The position numbers and the translations under genes are program-made. The notes under the pieces are model-generated. The model did not search any database. It worked only from the letters and a program-made list of their open reading frames with translations, and had not been told where the DNA came from. Shown piece after piece: positions 33,999-44,247 of a stretch of 64,000 nucleotides of DNA; the first letter of the stretch is position 1, and each line of letters starts with the position of its first letter. The DNA comes from an uncultured Chloroflexia bacterium (GTDB lineage Bacteria > Chloroflexota > Dehalococcoidia > DSTF01 > JALHUB01), in contig OY969814.1 of the NCBI GenBank assembly GCA_963703345.1, positions 1,312,001 to 1,376,000 of the forward strand. Direction: 5' to 3'.

Positions 33999-34823
33999 CT
34001 AGCGCGTGCCGAACTCTTGCACGAAGAACGAGCCGTAGGACGTGCTATCGTTCCAGGCGCAGCCGACGCCCGTCTCCTCGAACATCGGGTTCAGGATGTT
34101 GGCTCGATGTCCCGGGCTGGCCATCCAGGCGCTCACGGCGTCATCGAAGGTTGGGTAGCCGCCTGCCAGGTTCTCCCCCAGTGCCGTCCAGGTCGTGTAG
34201 CCGGCCGCGTCGGCGCGGGCGTCGAGCGTTCGACCGTCAGCGGTGTGGGACATGGCGTCATGCGCTGCGAGGAAGTTGGCGTACGCCTGCGCATCGGCCT
34301 CGAGCTGCGGATGGTATGCGAGCGCCGGCAGGCCATTTTGCGATCGGATCTGGTTGATGAGAACGATTATCTGGTCGCAGCCCTGGGCCGGCGACGGCGG
34401 TGGCGCCTGCGTTGGCGGGAGCGGCCTTGGCGGGACCGGAGTTGGCGTGAGCGGCGTTGGCGTCGGCGACGGAGCCTGGGCGCGACGGACCGGTGCGGAG
34501 GTCAGCGCTGCGTACGGCGAGTCCCCCGGCGCGGGCGGTCGGGCCTGCGGCGTCTGCGTCGGAATGGCCTGCGTCGTTGGCGTTGGCGAGGGAAGCGGTC
34601 GCGACGTTGGTGTGGGAGCGATCGTCGGCGGTACTTGGCTGAGCGCCAGCACGTCGGAAAGGCGGCCGACTTCGCCCGTCACCTGCCGCCCCTCGATAAC
34701 GGAAGGACTCGTCGCGGCTATGGATGGCGGAGTCGTGCTGGTCAGCAGCGCGGCGAGCGCCACCTGCGCGAGAAACGCCGCCAGCATCCCGTAGCGCTTC
34801 GAACCACCCCAAAAGCGACGCAA
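33999..34823 (-). CDS. Secreted CAP/SCP-domain protein with Pro/Thr linker
   Basis: INQIR, MSH, GENLA, WMASPGHRANIL, QEFG. Confidence 0.88.
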   Translation of the reverse strand: MRRFWGGSKRYGMLAAFLAQVALAALLTSTTPPSIAATSPSVIEGRQVTGEVGRLSDVLALSQVPPTIAPTPTSRPLPSPTPTTQAIPTQTPQARPPAPGDSPYAALTSAPVRRAQAPSPTPTPLTPTPVPPRPLPPTQAPPPSPAQGCDQIIVLINQIRSQNGLPALAYHPQLEADAQAYANFLAAHDAMSHTADGRTLDARADAAGYTTWTALGENLAGGYPTFDDAVSAWMASPGHRANILNPMFEETGVGCAWNDSTSYGSFFVQEFGTR

Positions 34824-35093
34824 CTATCGACCTCGGCAAGAGAGAAGAGAATCACACGGCGGCAGTCGTCGACGTGCAGTTCAATTCTCCCGGCCGAAGA
34901 GCCCGGCGGCTGTCCGGACAATCCCTGATAGAGCCTCGCGATAACCCCTAATCCCATCGAAAGACGCCGGGAAGGACGGCGAGGCGGCCTTCACGCTTCC
35001 TGCACGCGGCAGAGACGGAGCTTCATGCGGCCTGCACAGCAGAGACGTACGCTTGCCTGTTGGTTAGAGGGAACTAGTTGGAGGAAGAGAACA

Positions 35094-35492
35094 ATGACTA
35101 GAGAAGAGACCTACAGGGACATCGAGGGAACGCTGGGATTGGTGCCCGGCTTCCTTAAGACACTGCCCGACTCGTCGCTGGAGTTGGAGTGGAAGCTGAT
35201 GAAGACGGTGCAGATGGAGACCGGACCTGTGCCCAACAAGTACCGCGAGTTGATAGGGATCGGCGTCGCAGCCGTCACGAAGTGCCGCTACTGCGTCTTC
35301 TTCCACAGGGAGATGGCTAAGCTGAACGGCGCCACCGACGCCGAGATTGAGGATGCCATCCACTACGCCAAGTCGAGCGCCGGCTGGAGCACCTACATTC
35401 AGGGGCTGGACTACGACTACGAAGAGTTCCGGAAGGAGATCCGCCGGGCCGCCGACTACGTCCGCAAGCAGCAGCAGAAGATGGCCGCCTGA
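35094..35492 (+). CDS. Carboxymuconolactone decarboxylase/AhpD family protein
   Basis: KYRELIGIGVA..CRYCVFFH; GGAGG RBS. Confidence 0.88.
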   Translation: MTREETYRDIEGTLGLVPGFLKTLPDSSLELEWKLMKTVQMETGPVPNKYRELIGIGVAAVTKCRYCVFFHREMAKLNGATDAEIEDAIHYAKSSAGWSTYIQGLDYDYEEFRKEIRRAADYVRKQQQKMAA

Positions 35493-35515
35493 CGGCTCAG
35501 CGGCAACATGTCAAT

Positions 35516-35546
35516 GACTGGCGGGGCTGCGGGGGCCTCGCCAGTC
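35516..35546. terminator. Hairpin between convergent genes, possible bidirectional terminator
   Basis: GACTGGCGGGG...CCTCGCCAGTC. Confidence 0.5.
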
Positions 35547-35548
35547 TC

Positions 35549-36895
35549 TTATTTGACGTAACGACTCAACAGATCGCGCGTGCCGGGCACCTGTAGCTTC
35601 TCGAACAGGAAGGTGAAGCGCTCCTCCAGGGCCTGACGCAACTGCGTCCTCACCTCTTCCGGCAGGTCCCACATCTGGCGCTTGAACGGGCCGGTGCCGC
35701 GCTTTCGCGTGCTGTATATGAACTGCGCCTCCGTCTGACCCGCCTTCCACTCGTCGGCGTGCTTTTCCTTGAGGTAGGCGTATATCTGCTGTCGAAGCGG
35801 GTCGGGGAAGAGCGGACTGTCGTAGATCATCGTCTGGAAGTCGGTGGCAAGGTGGATCTCCGCCGTTTCCACCTCGACGAAGCGGTGGAAGAGCTCGTCC
35901 GGCAGCGTCGATGCGCCGTGCTGCACCGCGCCGGCCAGCCCGTACTCCCGGCGGGCCATCCGCGACATCTCCTCCAGCGTCTCGAAGGCAATGGCGACCT
36001 TGGCTATCGAGCCGTCCGGCAAGACGACGCCGCCGTGGCTGCTGCCTGTCTGGACGCTAATCTTGCTCGGTCCCTTGACGCTCTTGCCCAGCACTTCGAG
36101 AAGGCCGTCCATGAAGGCGCGTAGCTCTTCCGGCGAGCTGTTCTTCTTCCCGACCTCGCCGATCTCGACGCCCACGGAGACGTCGACGCCGGCCGGCTGG
36201 ACCTGCCGGATGAAGCGGATCATCTCCGCCGCGACCTCGAAGTTCGGCCGCTGCTGCTCCTTGACGTTCGGCTGACTCAAGTCGACGAGCGTGGAGCTGT
36301 CCACGTCGATGTTCAGGAAATCGCTTTCGATCGCCTCTTTCGTCAGGTCGCGGAGGGCGCGCAGCTCGTCGTCGGCCGCGGCCTTGTAGTGGGCGGCGTT
36401 CACCTGAAAGTGGTCGCCCTGGATGAAGACGGGCCCCTCGTGGCCCTCCTTGATGGCGGCCGCCAGCACGTTCGCGGCGTACTCGGCGGGACGCATGTTC
36501 GTGTAGCCGATCTCGGAGCGGGCGATCTCGAACAGGATGGGCCCGACGTTGAGGCGGTGGACGGCGCGGAAGACGGCGCGAGCGGAATCGTAGGCCATGG
36601 CGCGCAGGTTGAGGGCGGGCACAGTGAAGCCCGACACTTCGCCGCGTCCCATCGCCTCGTACAGGCGCTGGATGGAGTGGGGGCGGATTTCGAGCAGGGA
36701 GGCGGTGTCGCGAATCGTGGCGCGCGCGTAGGCTCGCAGCTCCTCCGTCTCGTCGAAGACCGCCGTGTAGATCAGGCTGTCGATGCCGTCGCTGCGCAGT
36801 CGCGCCGCGTCGAGCACCTTCCTGACGTCGCCGCCGCTGAACGCTAGAACGTCTTTGAGGTCACGCTGGAGCTGTTCCACTGACTGGTAGAGCAT
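35549..36895 (-). CDS. Class II fructose-bisphosphate aldolase, long form
   Basis: QGDH, EIGEVG, TGSSHGG, VQHGAS; next to pfkA. Confidence 0.8.
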   Translation of the reverse strand: MLYQSVEQLQRDLKDVLAFSGGDVRKVLDAARLRSDGIDSLIYTAVFDETEELRAYARATIRDTASLLEIRPHSIQRLYEAMGRGEVSGFTVPALNLRAMAYDSARAVFRAVHRLNVGPILFEIARSEIGYTNMRPAEYAANVLAAAIKEGHEGPVFIQGDHFQVNAAHYKAAADDELRALRDLTKEAIESDFLNIDVDSSTLVDLSQPNVKEQQRPNFEVAAEMIRFIRQVQPAGVDVSVGVEIGEVGKKNSSPEELRAFMDGLLEVLGKSVKGPSKISVQTGSSHGGVVLPDGSIAKVAIAFETLEEMSRMARREYGLAGAVQHGASTLPDELFHRFVEVETAEIHLATDFQTMIYDSPLFPDPLRQQIYAYLKEKHADEWKAGQTEAQFIYSTRKRGTGPFKRQMWDLPEEVRTQLRQALEERFTFLFEKLQVPGTRDLLSRYVK

Positions 36896-36927
36896 CTTGG
36901 TCCCTCACGAGTGGCTCTTGATTGGAG

Positions 36928-37929
36928 CTAGCGGGTGAGGCGGCGTGCCAGCTCCAGAAGGGATTGATCGGCGTGTCTGCGCGCGCTGAAAGCTTCCTCC
37001 AGCGGGACAAGGCAGGGCTTGCCTTCCTTTTCGCCTACCATGACGCCGCTTTCGCCGTCGGCAAGCGTGTCGACGGCCAGGGCGCCGAACTTGCTGCCGG
37101 TGACCCGGTCGCGCGCCGTCGGCGTGCCGCCGCGCTGGATGTGGCCGAGAACGCAGACGCGATAATCGCAGCGCAGACGCTTCCACACCTGGTGGGCGAT
37201 GGCGAAGGCGCCGCCGTTGTCGCCGCCCTCTGCTACCACAATTATGCTGCTCCGGCGGCCGTGATGGAAGCCCGTTTCCAGATGCTCACAAAGAAAATCG
37301 ATGTCGGTGTCGACTTCCGGGACAAGCACGTCATCGGCGCCGCCGGCGAGTCCGACCTCCAGGGCGATGGCGCCGCAGACGTTGCCCATGACTTCGACGA
37401 AGAAGATGCGGTCGTGCGATTCCGCCGTGTCGCGGATGCGGTCGATCGCCTCCAGCGCGACGTTGACGGCGGTGTCGAAGCCGAGCGTGTAGTCGGTGCC
37501 GGGCATGTCGTTGTCGATGGTGGTTGGGATGGCGATGACGCGCAGGTCGTGCTCCTTCGCCAGAGCCGCCGCGCCGCGGAAAGAGCCGTCGCCACCGAGG
37601 ACGATCAGCCCATCGACTTTGTGCTCCTCCAGGATTGCCGCCGCGTTGGCGCGTCCCTCCGGCATCGTGAACTCCTGACAGCGCGAAGTGCCAAGGATGG
37701 TGCCGCCGCGCTGGATGATGTTGCCGACGGTGCGTTGGGTCAGAGGTGTGACCTCGTTGCGGAGGAGTCCGGAGTAGCCGTGGGAGACGCCGAGAACGTG
37801 TATTCCGCGGTCCGACGCCACGCGGACGATGGCGCGGATGCAAGCGTTCGTCCCCGGCGCGTCGCCGCCGCTGGAGAGGACCGCTATCTTCTTTACGTGA
37901 TTGTGGCCGTTATGCCCGTTTTGTCCCAA
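36928..37929 (-). CDS. pfkA: 6-phosphofructokinase
   Basis: SGGDAPG, GGDGS, TIDND, EVMG, LGHIQRGG. Confidence 0.95.
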   Translation of the reverse strand: MGQNGHNGHNHVKKIAVLSSGGDAPGTNACIRAIVRVASDRGIHVLGVSHGYSGLLRNEVTPLTQRTVGNIIQRGGTILGTSRCQEFTMPEGRANAAAILEEHKVDGLIVLGGDGSFRGAAALAKEHDLRVIAIPTTIDNDMPGTDYTLGFDTAVNVALEAIDRIRDTAESHDRIFFVEVMGNVCGAIALEVGLAGGADDVLVPEVDTDIDFLCEHLETGFHHGRRSSIIVVAEGGDNGGAFAIAHQVWKRLRCDYRVCVLGHIQRGGTPTARDRVTGSKFGALAVDTLADGESGVMVGEKEGKPCLVPLEEAFSARRHADQSLLELARRLTR

Positions 37930-38048
37930 TGCCGTCCGTCCGGGAAGTGAGTCCGCGCGGAATGTTGCCTCTATCTATCGGGATAGTCGGACGGCTTAGG
38001 CTTGGGGATATAGGGGGAGACCCTGAGAAACGGCCGCCGGGCATGCCA

Positions 38049-38075
38049 GTAGGGACGGACACCGTCCGCCCCTAC
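38049..38075. repeat. GTAG-type REP-like palindrome
   Basis: GTAGGGACGGAC-ACC-GTCCGCCCCTAC in an intergenic region. Confidence 0.45.
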
Positions 38076-38109
38076 TGCCTAAATACGCCTCTTGTGCGGT
38101 CCCGCGACG

Positions 38110-39288
38110 CTATGAAACCCGCTCGTAGATGCTCGTGATGCCCTGCCCGCCGCCGATGCACAGGCTGATGAGGCCGTAGCGTCCCTGCATCCGCTCCAGC
38201 TCGTACATGAGCTTGACGGCGAGGATCGCGCCCGTCGCGCCGACGGGGTGCCCAAGGGCGACGGCGCCGCCGTTCGGGTTCGTCTTGGCGGCATCGAGGC
38301 CGAGCTCTTTGATGCAGGTGCAGGCGACGGCGGCGAACGCTTCGTTGACCTCGTTCACGTCCATGTCGTCGACCGTCAGGCCGGCGCGCTTCAACGCCTT
38401 TCGGGTCGCCGGAATAGGCCCGTAGCCCATGAGCGACGGCTCGACGCCCGCTTCCGAGCGCGAGACCAGGCGCAGGCGCGGGCGGATGCCCAGCTCGTCG
38501 GCCCTGCGGCGGCTTGTGACCACCACGGCCGCGGCGCCGTCGTTGATGCTGCTGGAGTTGCCGGCGGTGACGTTGCCGCCCTCCTTGAAGGCGGGGCGCA
38601 GCTTGCCCAGCGCCTCCATGTTCGTGTCGGCGCGCGGGCCTTCGTCCGTGTCGATGCTCTTCGTCTCCCGACCGACCTTGACCTCGACGGGGACGATCTG
38701 CTCTTTGAAGCGCCCCCCTTCCATCGCGGCGACGGCGTTCTGATGGCTGCGCAGCGACAGCTCGTCCTGGTCCTGGCGCGTGATCCCGTACTTGTCGGCG
38801 AGGTTCTCCGCGGTGATGCCCATGTGAGCGCGGCTGAAGGGGTCGCTCAGGAGCGAGAGGATGCCGTCTTCCAGCACGCCGTCGCCCAGGCGGTAGCCGT
38901 AGCGACCGCGCCGGACGTAGAAGGGCAGCATGCTCATGTTCTCGACGCCGCCGGCGAGGACGATCTCCGCGTCGCCGCACTCGATCCAGCGGGCGGCGGT
39001 ATGGATCGCCTCCAGGCCGGTGCCACAGAGGCGCGAGACGTTGTAGGCGGGCACCTCGATCGGCACTCCGGCCTTCACGGCCGCGTGACGGCCGACGTAG
39101 GCGTCTTCCATCACCTGGCCGGCGCAACCAAGGATCACCTGGTCGACCTGGTCGGGGCGGATGCCGGCTCGCTCCATCGCCGCCCTGAAGACGGCTGCCG
39201 CCATATCGGAGGCGGATGTGTTCTGGAAGGCGCCGCCCATGCGTCCAACAGCCGTGCGCGCGCCGCTTACGAGAACTATCTCTTCCAT
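38110..39288 (-). CDS. Acetyl-CoA C-acyltransferase (thiolase)
   Basis: RLCGTG, NEAFA, GHPVGATG, CIGGGQG. Confidence 0.95.
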   Translation of the reverse strand: MEEIVLVSGARTAVGRMGGAFQNTSASDMAAAVFRAAMERAGIRPDQVDQVILGCAGQVMEDAYVGRHAAVKAGVPIEVPAYNVSRLCGTGLEAIHTAARWIECGDAEIVLAGGVENMSMLPFYVRRGRYGYRLGDGVLEDGILSLLSDPFSRAHMGITAENLADKYGITRQDQDELSLRSHQNAVAAMEGGRFKEQIVPVEVKVGRETKSIDTDEGPRADTNMEALGKLRPAFKEGGNVTAGNSSSINDGAAAVVVTSRRRADELGIRPRLRLVSRSEAGVEPSLMGYGPIPATRKALKRAGLTVDDMDVNEVNEAFAAVACTCIKELGLDAAKTNPNGGAVALGHPVGATGAILAVKLMYELERMQGRYGLISLCIGGGQGITSIYERVS

Positions 39289-39474
39289 TAGCTTGATGCT
39301 CCTTGCTACGTTGTCCGGACTTCTGCCTAGAGTCTAGCGAAGAGGCCTTTTCTCGGCAATCGACCCGTTGGCGGTTGCGTCGCGCCTGGGAGTTGGCGCA
39401 CAATTGATGTCGTACGTACGAGCCACGGAATAGCCCGACTTCGCCCTCGAGTGCGGGCAGCTTTGGGGCAGCCT

Positions 39475-41394
39475 GTGACACTGCTTGAACGTATCGATGA
39501 GCCAGCGGCGCTCAAGGGACTCTCGCAGCAGGAGCTGGAGGAGCTTGCCCATGAGGTCCGCACCCTTCTCGTCGGCACCGTCTCCGAGAACGGCGGCCAC
39601 CTTGCCTCCAACCTCGGCGTCGTGGAGCTGACGATCGCCCTGCACCGCGTCTTCGAGACGCCGAACGACAAGCTTATCTGGGACGTCAGCCACCAGTCGT
39701 ACGTCCACAAGCTGCTGACGGGCCGGAGAGAGCGCTTCTCGACCCTGCGTCAGTACGGCGGTCTCTCCGGCTTCACCTCCCGGGCCGAGAGCCCGCACGA
39801 CGCTTTCGACACCGGCCACGCCAGCACCTCGATCTCCGTCGCTTTGGGGATGGCTTTGGCCCGCGACCTTGCGGGCGAGCGGCATCACGTCGTCGCCGTC
39901 ATCGGCGACGGCGCCCTTAGCGGCGGCATGGCGCTGGAGGCGCTCAACCACGCCAGCCATCTGGACACCAAAGTCATCGTCGTCCTCAACGACAACGGCA
40001 TGGCGATCTCGCCCAACATCGGCGCCATCTCCAAGTTTCTCAACCTGCTGAACCGGGCCCCGCGCTACGAGCACGTCAAGGCCGACACCAAGCGGACTCT
40101 GACTCGCCTTCCCGGCGGCGGCCCCATCCTGCGCCTCATCACCTGGCTGAAGGCGCGGGTGAAGGGGGCCCTTGTCCCCAGCGCCTTCTGGGAGAAGCTG
40201 GGCTTCGACTACATCGGGCCGATAGACGGCCACAGCATCCGCGACGTTGAGGCGGCGCTGATTCGCGCCCGCGACGCCAAGAAGAAGACGACGATAGTGC
40301 ACGTCCTGACCGAGAAGGGGAAGGGCTACCCGCCGGCCGAGGAGGACTCGGCCCGCTTCCACGGCCTGGCGCCGAACGGCCACGGCGACAACGGCGACGG
40401 CCAGAAGCCCGCTCCCTCTTACAGCGACGTCTTCGGGCAAACGGTGCTGCAGCTGATGCGCCAGGACGAGCGCATTGTCGCGGTCACGGCGGCGATGTGC
40501 GAGGCGACGGGATTAGGCCCGGCGGCGCGCGTCTTCCCTGAGCGCGTCTTCGACGTCGGCATCTGCGAGGAGCACGGCGTGACGCTTGCAGCCGGTCTTG
40601 CCGTGCGCGGCTTCCGGCCCATCGTCGCCATCTACTCCACCTTCCTCCAGCGCGCCTACGACCAGATAATCCACGACGTCTGTATTCAGGGCTTGCCCGT
40701 TGTCTTCGCCATCGACCGGGCGGGAATCGTGGGCGAGGACGGTCGCACCCACCAGGGCGCCTTCGACCTGTCCTATCTGCGCCTTCTTCCGAACATGACC
40801 GTCGCCGCGGCCAAGGACGAGGACGAGCTGCGGCATCTCCTCTACACCGCGACTCGCCTCGGCGGTCCGATGGCGGTGCGCTACCCGCGCGGCGAGGGCG
40901 TCGGCCTGCCGCTTGCGGGCCCGCTGCGGCTCCTGCCGGTGGGCGTGAGCGAGCTATTGCGCTCCGGCGATGACCTGACGATAGCGACGGTTGGGCCGGC
41001 GGCCTGGGCGGCCATGGCGGCGGCGGAAGAGCTTGCGGCCGGCGGCATCGAGTGCGCCGTCGTCAACGCCCGCTTCGTGAAGCCCCTGGACCACGAGACG
41101 ATACTCGCCCTGGCCTCTCGCAGCGGCCGGCTCGTGACCGTCGAGGAGAACGCGCTGGCGGGAGGCTTCGGGAGCGCTGTGCTGGAGGCCATCGAAAAGT
41201 CTGGGCTCACCGGCCTGCGGGTGGAACGGATCGGCCTGCCGGACCGCTTCATCGAGCACGGGCCGCAGGAGCTGTTCCGCGCAATGTTCGACCTCGATGC
41301 GGCGGGAATCGTCAGGCGGGTGCGCGCGGCCTTCCCGGAGCTGGCCCTGCCGGCGCCTTCACCTCTTTCCGACTCCTCAGGCGGCTCCAGCTAG
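39475..41394 (+). CDS. dxs: 1-deoxy-D-xylulose-5-phosphate synthase
   Basis: GGHLASNLG, GDGALSGG..NDN, IYSTFLQRAYDQ, DRAG. Confidence 0.97.
   Translation: MTLLERIDEPAALKGLSQQELEELAHEVRTLLVGTVSENGGHLASNLGVVELTIALHRVFETPNDKLIWDVSHQSYVHKLLTGRRERFSTLRQYGGLSGFTSRAESPHDAFDTGHASTSISVALGMALARDLAGERHHVVAVIGDGALSGGMALEALNHASHLDTKVIVVLNDNGMAISPNIGAISKFLNLLNRAPRYEHVKADTKRTLTRLPGGGPILRLITWLKARVKGALVPSAFWEKLGFDYIGPIDGHSIRDVEAALIRARDAKKKTTIVHVLTEKGKGYPPAEEDSARFHGLAPNGHGDNGDGQKPAPSYSDVFGQTVLQLMRQDERIVAVTAAMCEATGLGPAARVFPERVFDVGICEEHGVTLAAGLAVRGFRPIVAIYSTFLQRAYDQIIHDVCIQGLPVVFAIDRAGIVGEDGRTHQGAFDLSYLRLLPNMTVAAAKDEDELRHLLYTATRLGGPMAVRYPRGEGVGLPLAGPLRLLPVGVSELLRSGDDLTIATVGPAAWAAMAAAEELAAGGIECAVVNARFVKPLDHETILALASRSGRLVTVEENALAGGFGSAVLEAIEKSGLTGLRVERIGLPDRFIEHGPQELFRAMFDLDAAGIVRRVRAAFPELALPAPSPLSDSSGGSS
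39483..39543 (+). repeat. 61-bp segment with an inverted copy at 49878-49938
   Basis: 59/61 identical by direct comparison. Confidence 0.92.
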
Positions 41395-41682
41395 CGCCGC
41401 TTCGCCAACAGCACCCAGTCGCCGGTCATCTCCTGTAGCTGTCCCCAAACCGCCGTTCCCGTGGCCGGAAGCAGCCCTGCCCAGGACTCGCCCGCGCCGG
41501 CTTCGATGGTGGCCGTGCCAGCGGTGCTCACCGTCTCGCGGTCTCCCGCGAGGTCCTGGTCCACTTCATTGATCTGCGGGCCTTCGGCCGCGGCGGTTGT
41601 GCGGCGCTGGCCGTGGAAGCTCCGAGGACGACGCGAAGCCGGAGTCGGTGCCGGAGGTGAAGTGGGCGAGGTTGTCGGCCGC

Positions 41683-42687
41683 CTAGGTCGCGTCGCTTTC
41701 AGCGGTTGCGCTCTCCGGCGACCGCCCGCTTTCGACGTGCCGCAGCCGGATGACCAGGTAGGCGTAGCCGATGAGCCCCAGCAGGCCCGCCGGCAACGAG
41801 TTCGTCGCGCGATAGAGGATCGCCACCGACGTCGCCGAGGCCACGGTCGCGCCCGCGTGCTGAAGCATGGCTGTGAGCGTCCAGTCGAGCACGCCCAGCC
41901 CGAGCGGCAGAAAGGAGGCTATGCCCGCCGCCACGGACGCGCCGAGGGCGACCGAGGCTTCGCCGGCGGAGAGTCGCACGGCCACTGAATCCGATATTAT
42001 CCAGATTTGGGCCACCAAGGTCGCGAAGATCGCGGTCGTTAGGACGGCGAAGAGGAGCGACAGGCGCAGGTCCCGCAGGAGCGTCGCCAGCGACTGCACC
42101 CAGCGCCCTTCGCCCAGGTTCAGCGCGTGCAGCAGCGGCCTCAGCCAGATTTTGGTCGACTGCGTCCTCTCCGCCCACGCGCTCAACGACAGCAGCGGCA
42201 TGGCGGCCAGCGCCGGCACCACCAGCACCAGCAGCCCGACGATGGGGACGGCGATTCTGAGGGCGTCCGGCGAGACGTTCCAGGCAACAACCAGGAGCGT
42301 CGAGAAGCAAAGAATGCAGAAGGAATAGGAGCGCTCGTAGACTATGGTGGCGAAGCTGTCGGAGTAGGAAACGGCGTGGTGGCCTTTCAGAAACGGCACC
42401 CGGATGATATCGCCGGTCGCGCCCGGCGTTACGACCGCCGCTATGTTGCCCAGCGCGGAGACCGGCGCCAGCGCCAGCGGCGATACGCCATAGCCGAGGC
42501 GTCGCAGCACGAAGTGGGTGCGAACGGCAAGCAGGCCGATAGCCGGCAGGTTCAGCAGGAGCACGTAGAGCGCGGCCCAGGCGCTGAAGTCGCCCAACGT
42601 GTCGCCGAGTTCCCAGACGCGGGCCCGCCACAGGAGCAGGACCACAAGGGCAACACCGACACCGATCTGAATCTCCCAGCGCCTCAT
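41683..42687 (-). CDS. Lysylphosphatidylglycerol synthase TM region / UPF0104 flippase-like protein
   Basis: TPGATGDIIR, ER, PLGLGVLD, LYR motifs. Confidence 0.85.
   Translation of the reverse strand: MRRWEIQIGVGVALVVLLLWRARVWELGDTLGDFSAWAALYVLLLNLPAIGLLAVRTHFVLRRLGYGVSPLALAPVSALGNIAAVVTPGATGDIIRVPFLKGHHAVSYSDSFATIVYERSYSFCILCFSTLLVVAWNVSPDALRIAVPIVGLLVLVVPALAAMPLLSLSAWAERTQSTKIWLRPLLHALNLGEGRWVQSLATLLRDLRLSLLFAVLTTAIFATLVAQIWIISDSVAVRLSAGEASVALGASVAAGIASFLPLGLGVLDWTLTAMLQHAGATVASATSVAILYRATNSLPAGLLGLIGYAYLVIRLRHVESGRSPESATAESDAT
41736..41802 (+). repeat. 67-bp segment with a direct copy at 49810-49876
   Basis: 64/67 identical by direct comparison. Confidence 0.92.
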
Positions 42688-42862
42688 TGTTCCTCGGGAT
42701 TTCCACACTGCCGTCGGGCTTGCAAGGCCCTGCACTCAAGCGACGAATCGCTGCCTCTTATCATAGCCGATTTTGGCTGTGTGGCCGCCTGCGTACTCCA
42801 CGGCGGAACGGTGGAGCGGCGAATAAGTCCAGAGCCCACGCGCACTGACATCGAGATTGCTC

Positions 42863-44014
42863 TCATTTCCCGTGGCAGGTCATATAGACCTCTTCAACGT
42901 CACCTATGATCTTGTTCCAATCGAATCTTTGGGCTGAATCTATGCATGACTCTCTTAGCTTCTCATCCAGGTCTGCACTCAGTATTATCGAAATAGTGTC
43001 AGCAAGATCTTGTTCGTTCGGTTCGCACACAAAACCATTTTCCCCTTCCTTTATGAGACTCTTCGTTGCATTGTCTTTGTGATTGAACGTTATTACTGGA
43101 ATGCCACACGCGTTAGCTTCTGGAACTACAATACCGAACCCTTCTCTCATTGAGGGCAGTGCGAATACTTTTGACGCTTTCATTAACGCATACACTTCTT
43201 GCGGCGTCTTCCTAAACTCGAGAAAGTCGATGTTATTCCGCAAATCCAGTTGTTCGGCCAAAGAAACCAAGCCTTCTTTTTCGGGGCCGTCCCCAACAAT
43301 GCAGCAACGCACATTGGGTTCTATCACTTTCACCAGACTTATCGCCCTGATCAACATATCGATATTCTTGAAGTCCATTAGCCTTCCAACATAGACAACA
43401 TCAGACTTGATTTCGGATTCTTCGGCCTTTCTGATTTCATCAAGGTCTATTCCCACGGGAATCGTGTGGATTGTTCTGGTTATCTTCAATTCTCGAATGA
43501 GTCTAGTAGTCGTAAGTTCAGAAATCGATGTGATTTCGTCCGGCATCCTGGCGCTGAGCCACTGCACGACGTAGGCTATCGTTCCCAGCTTCCCAAGATA
43601 CTCCTGCCAGTAATCCCTCCCCCAAACCTCAAGCCAGGTCGAATGCAGCTTCTTCCTCTTGATGAGAGAAACCAGTTTGCAGGTGAACAACGAGAAGAAG
43701 GGGAATCCACAGCAATCAAGGACGTCGAAATCCTCCTTGACGAGCTTCAAGCAGTGAATCCCGAAATATATCGCCTGCCGTATGGAACGCCTGCCTCCTC
43801 TGGTATACACGGGTTTAGCTTTGCAGATTCCGTGGAGATACACTCCCTCTTTCTTGACTACGTTGGGGCCCTCCCAAAGCTTCATCCCGTATAGATGAAC
43901 TTCATATCCCTTTGAGGCCAACCGTTTGGCAATCTCATAGTACCTTCTTTCAGCGCCGCCTTTGATATACGGATAGATGGCGTCATAAACAAAAGCAATC
44001 TTCTTCGTTCTCAT
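42863..44014 (-). CDS. GT4 glycosyltransferase, markedly low GC
   Basis: GGAERR, VGRL...KN, REGFGIVVPEANACG; AT-rich codons. Confidence 0.92.
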   Translation of the reverse strand: MRTKKIAFVYDAIYPYIKGGAERRYYEIAKRLASKGYEVHLYGMKLWEGPNVVKKEGVYLHGICKAKPVYTRGGRRSIRQAIYFGIHCLKLVKEDFDVLDCCGFPFFSLFTCKLVSLIKRKKLHSTWLEVWGRDYWQEYLGKLGTIAYVVQWLSARMPDEITSISELTTTRLIRELKITRTIHTIPVGIDLDEIRKAEESEIKSDVVYVGRLMDFKNIDMLIRAISLVKVIEPNVRCCIVGDGPEKEGLVSLAEQLDLRNNIDFLEFRKTPQEVYALMKASKVFALPSMREGFGIVVPEANACGIPVITFNHKDNATKSLIKEGENGFVCEPNEQDLADTISIILSADLDEKLRESCIDSAQRFDWNKIIGDVEEVYMTCHGK

Positions 44015-44069
44015 AGAAGAATTATGCCCTGCTTTCAAGACGCTAACCACCAGTCCATCTTGGTGCGGG

Positions 44070-44208
44070 CGACCTCAGCCTGCCGATGATCTCCTCTGCC
44101 GTGTGCCTCTTGCTGCGCAGGAGATGCCCCTTTCTTCGGCCCAGTATCCGCTGTTCCCTCGCTGAAGAGTAACATTGAATTGGACTCGTTTTCGGGGGGG
44201 GCAGGTCA
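44070..44208 (-). mobile_element. IS3-family left-end remnant
   Basis: Starts TGACCTGCCCCCCC...GAGTCCAA, followed by an OrfA-like fragment RSKRHTAEEIIGRLR. Confidence 0.6.
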
Positions 44209-44247
44209 TTGCCGCTCCTCTTATTCTACGCTACCATGGGGCCGACC

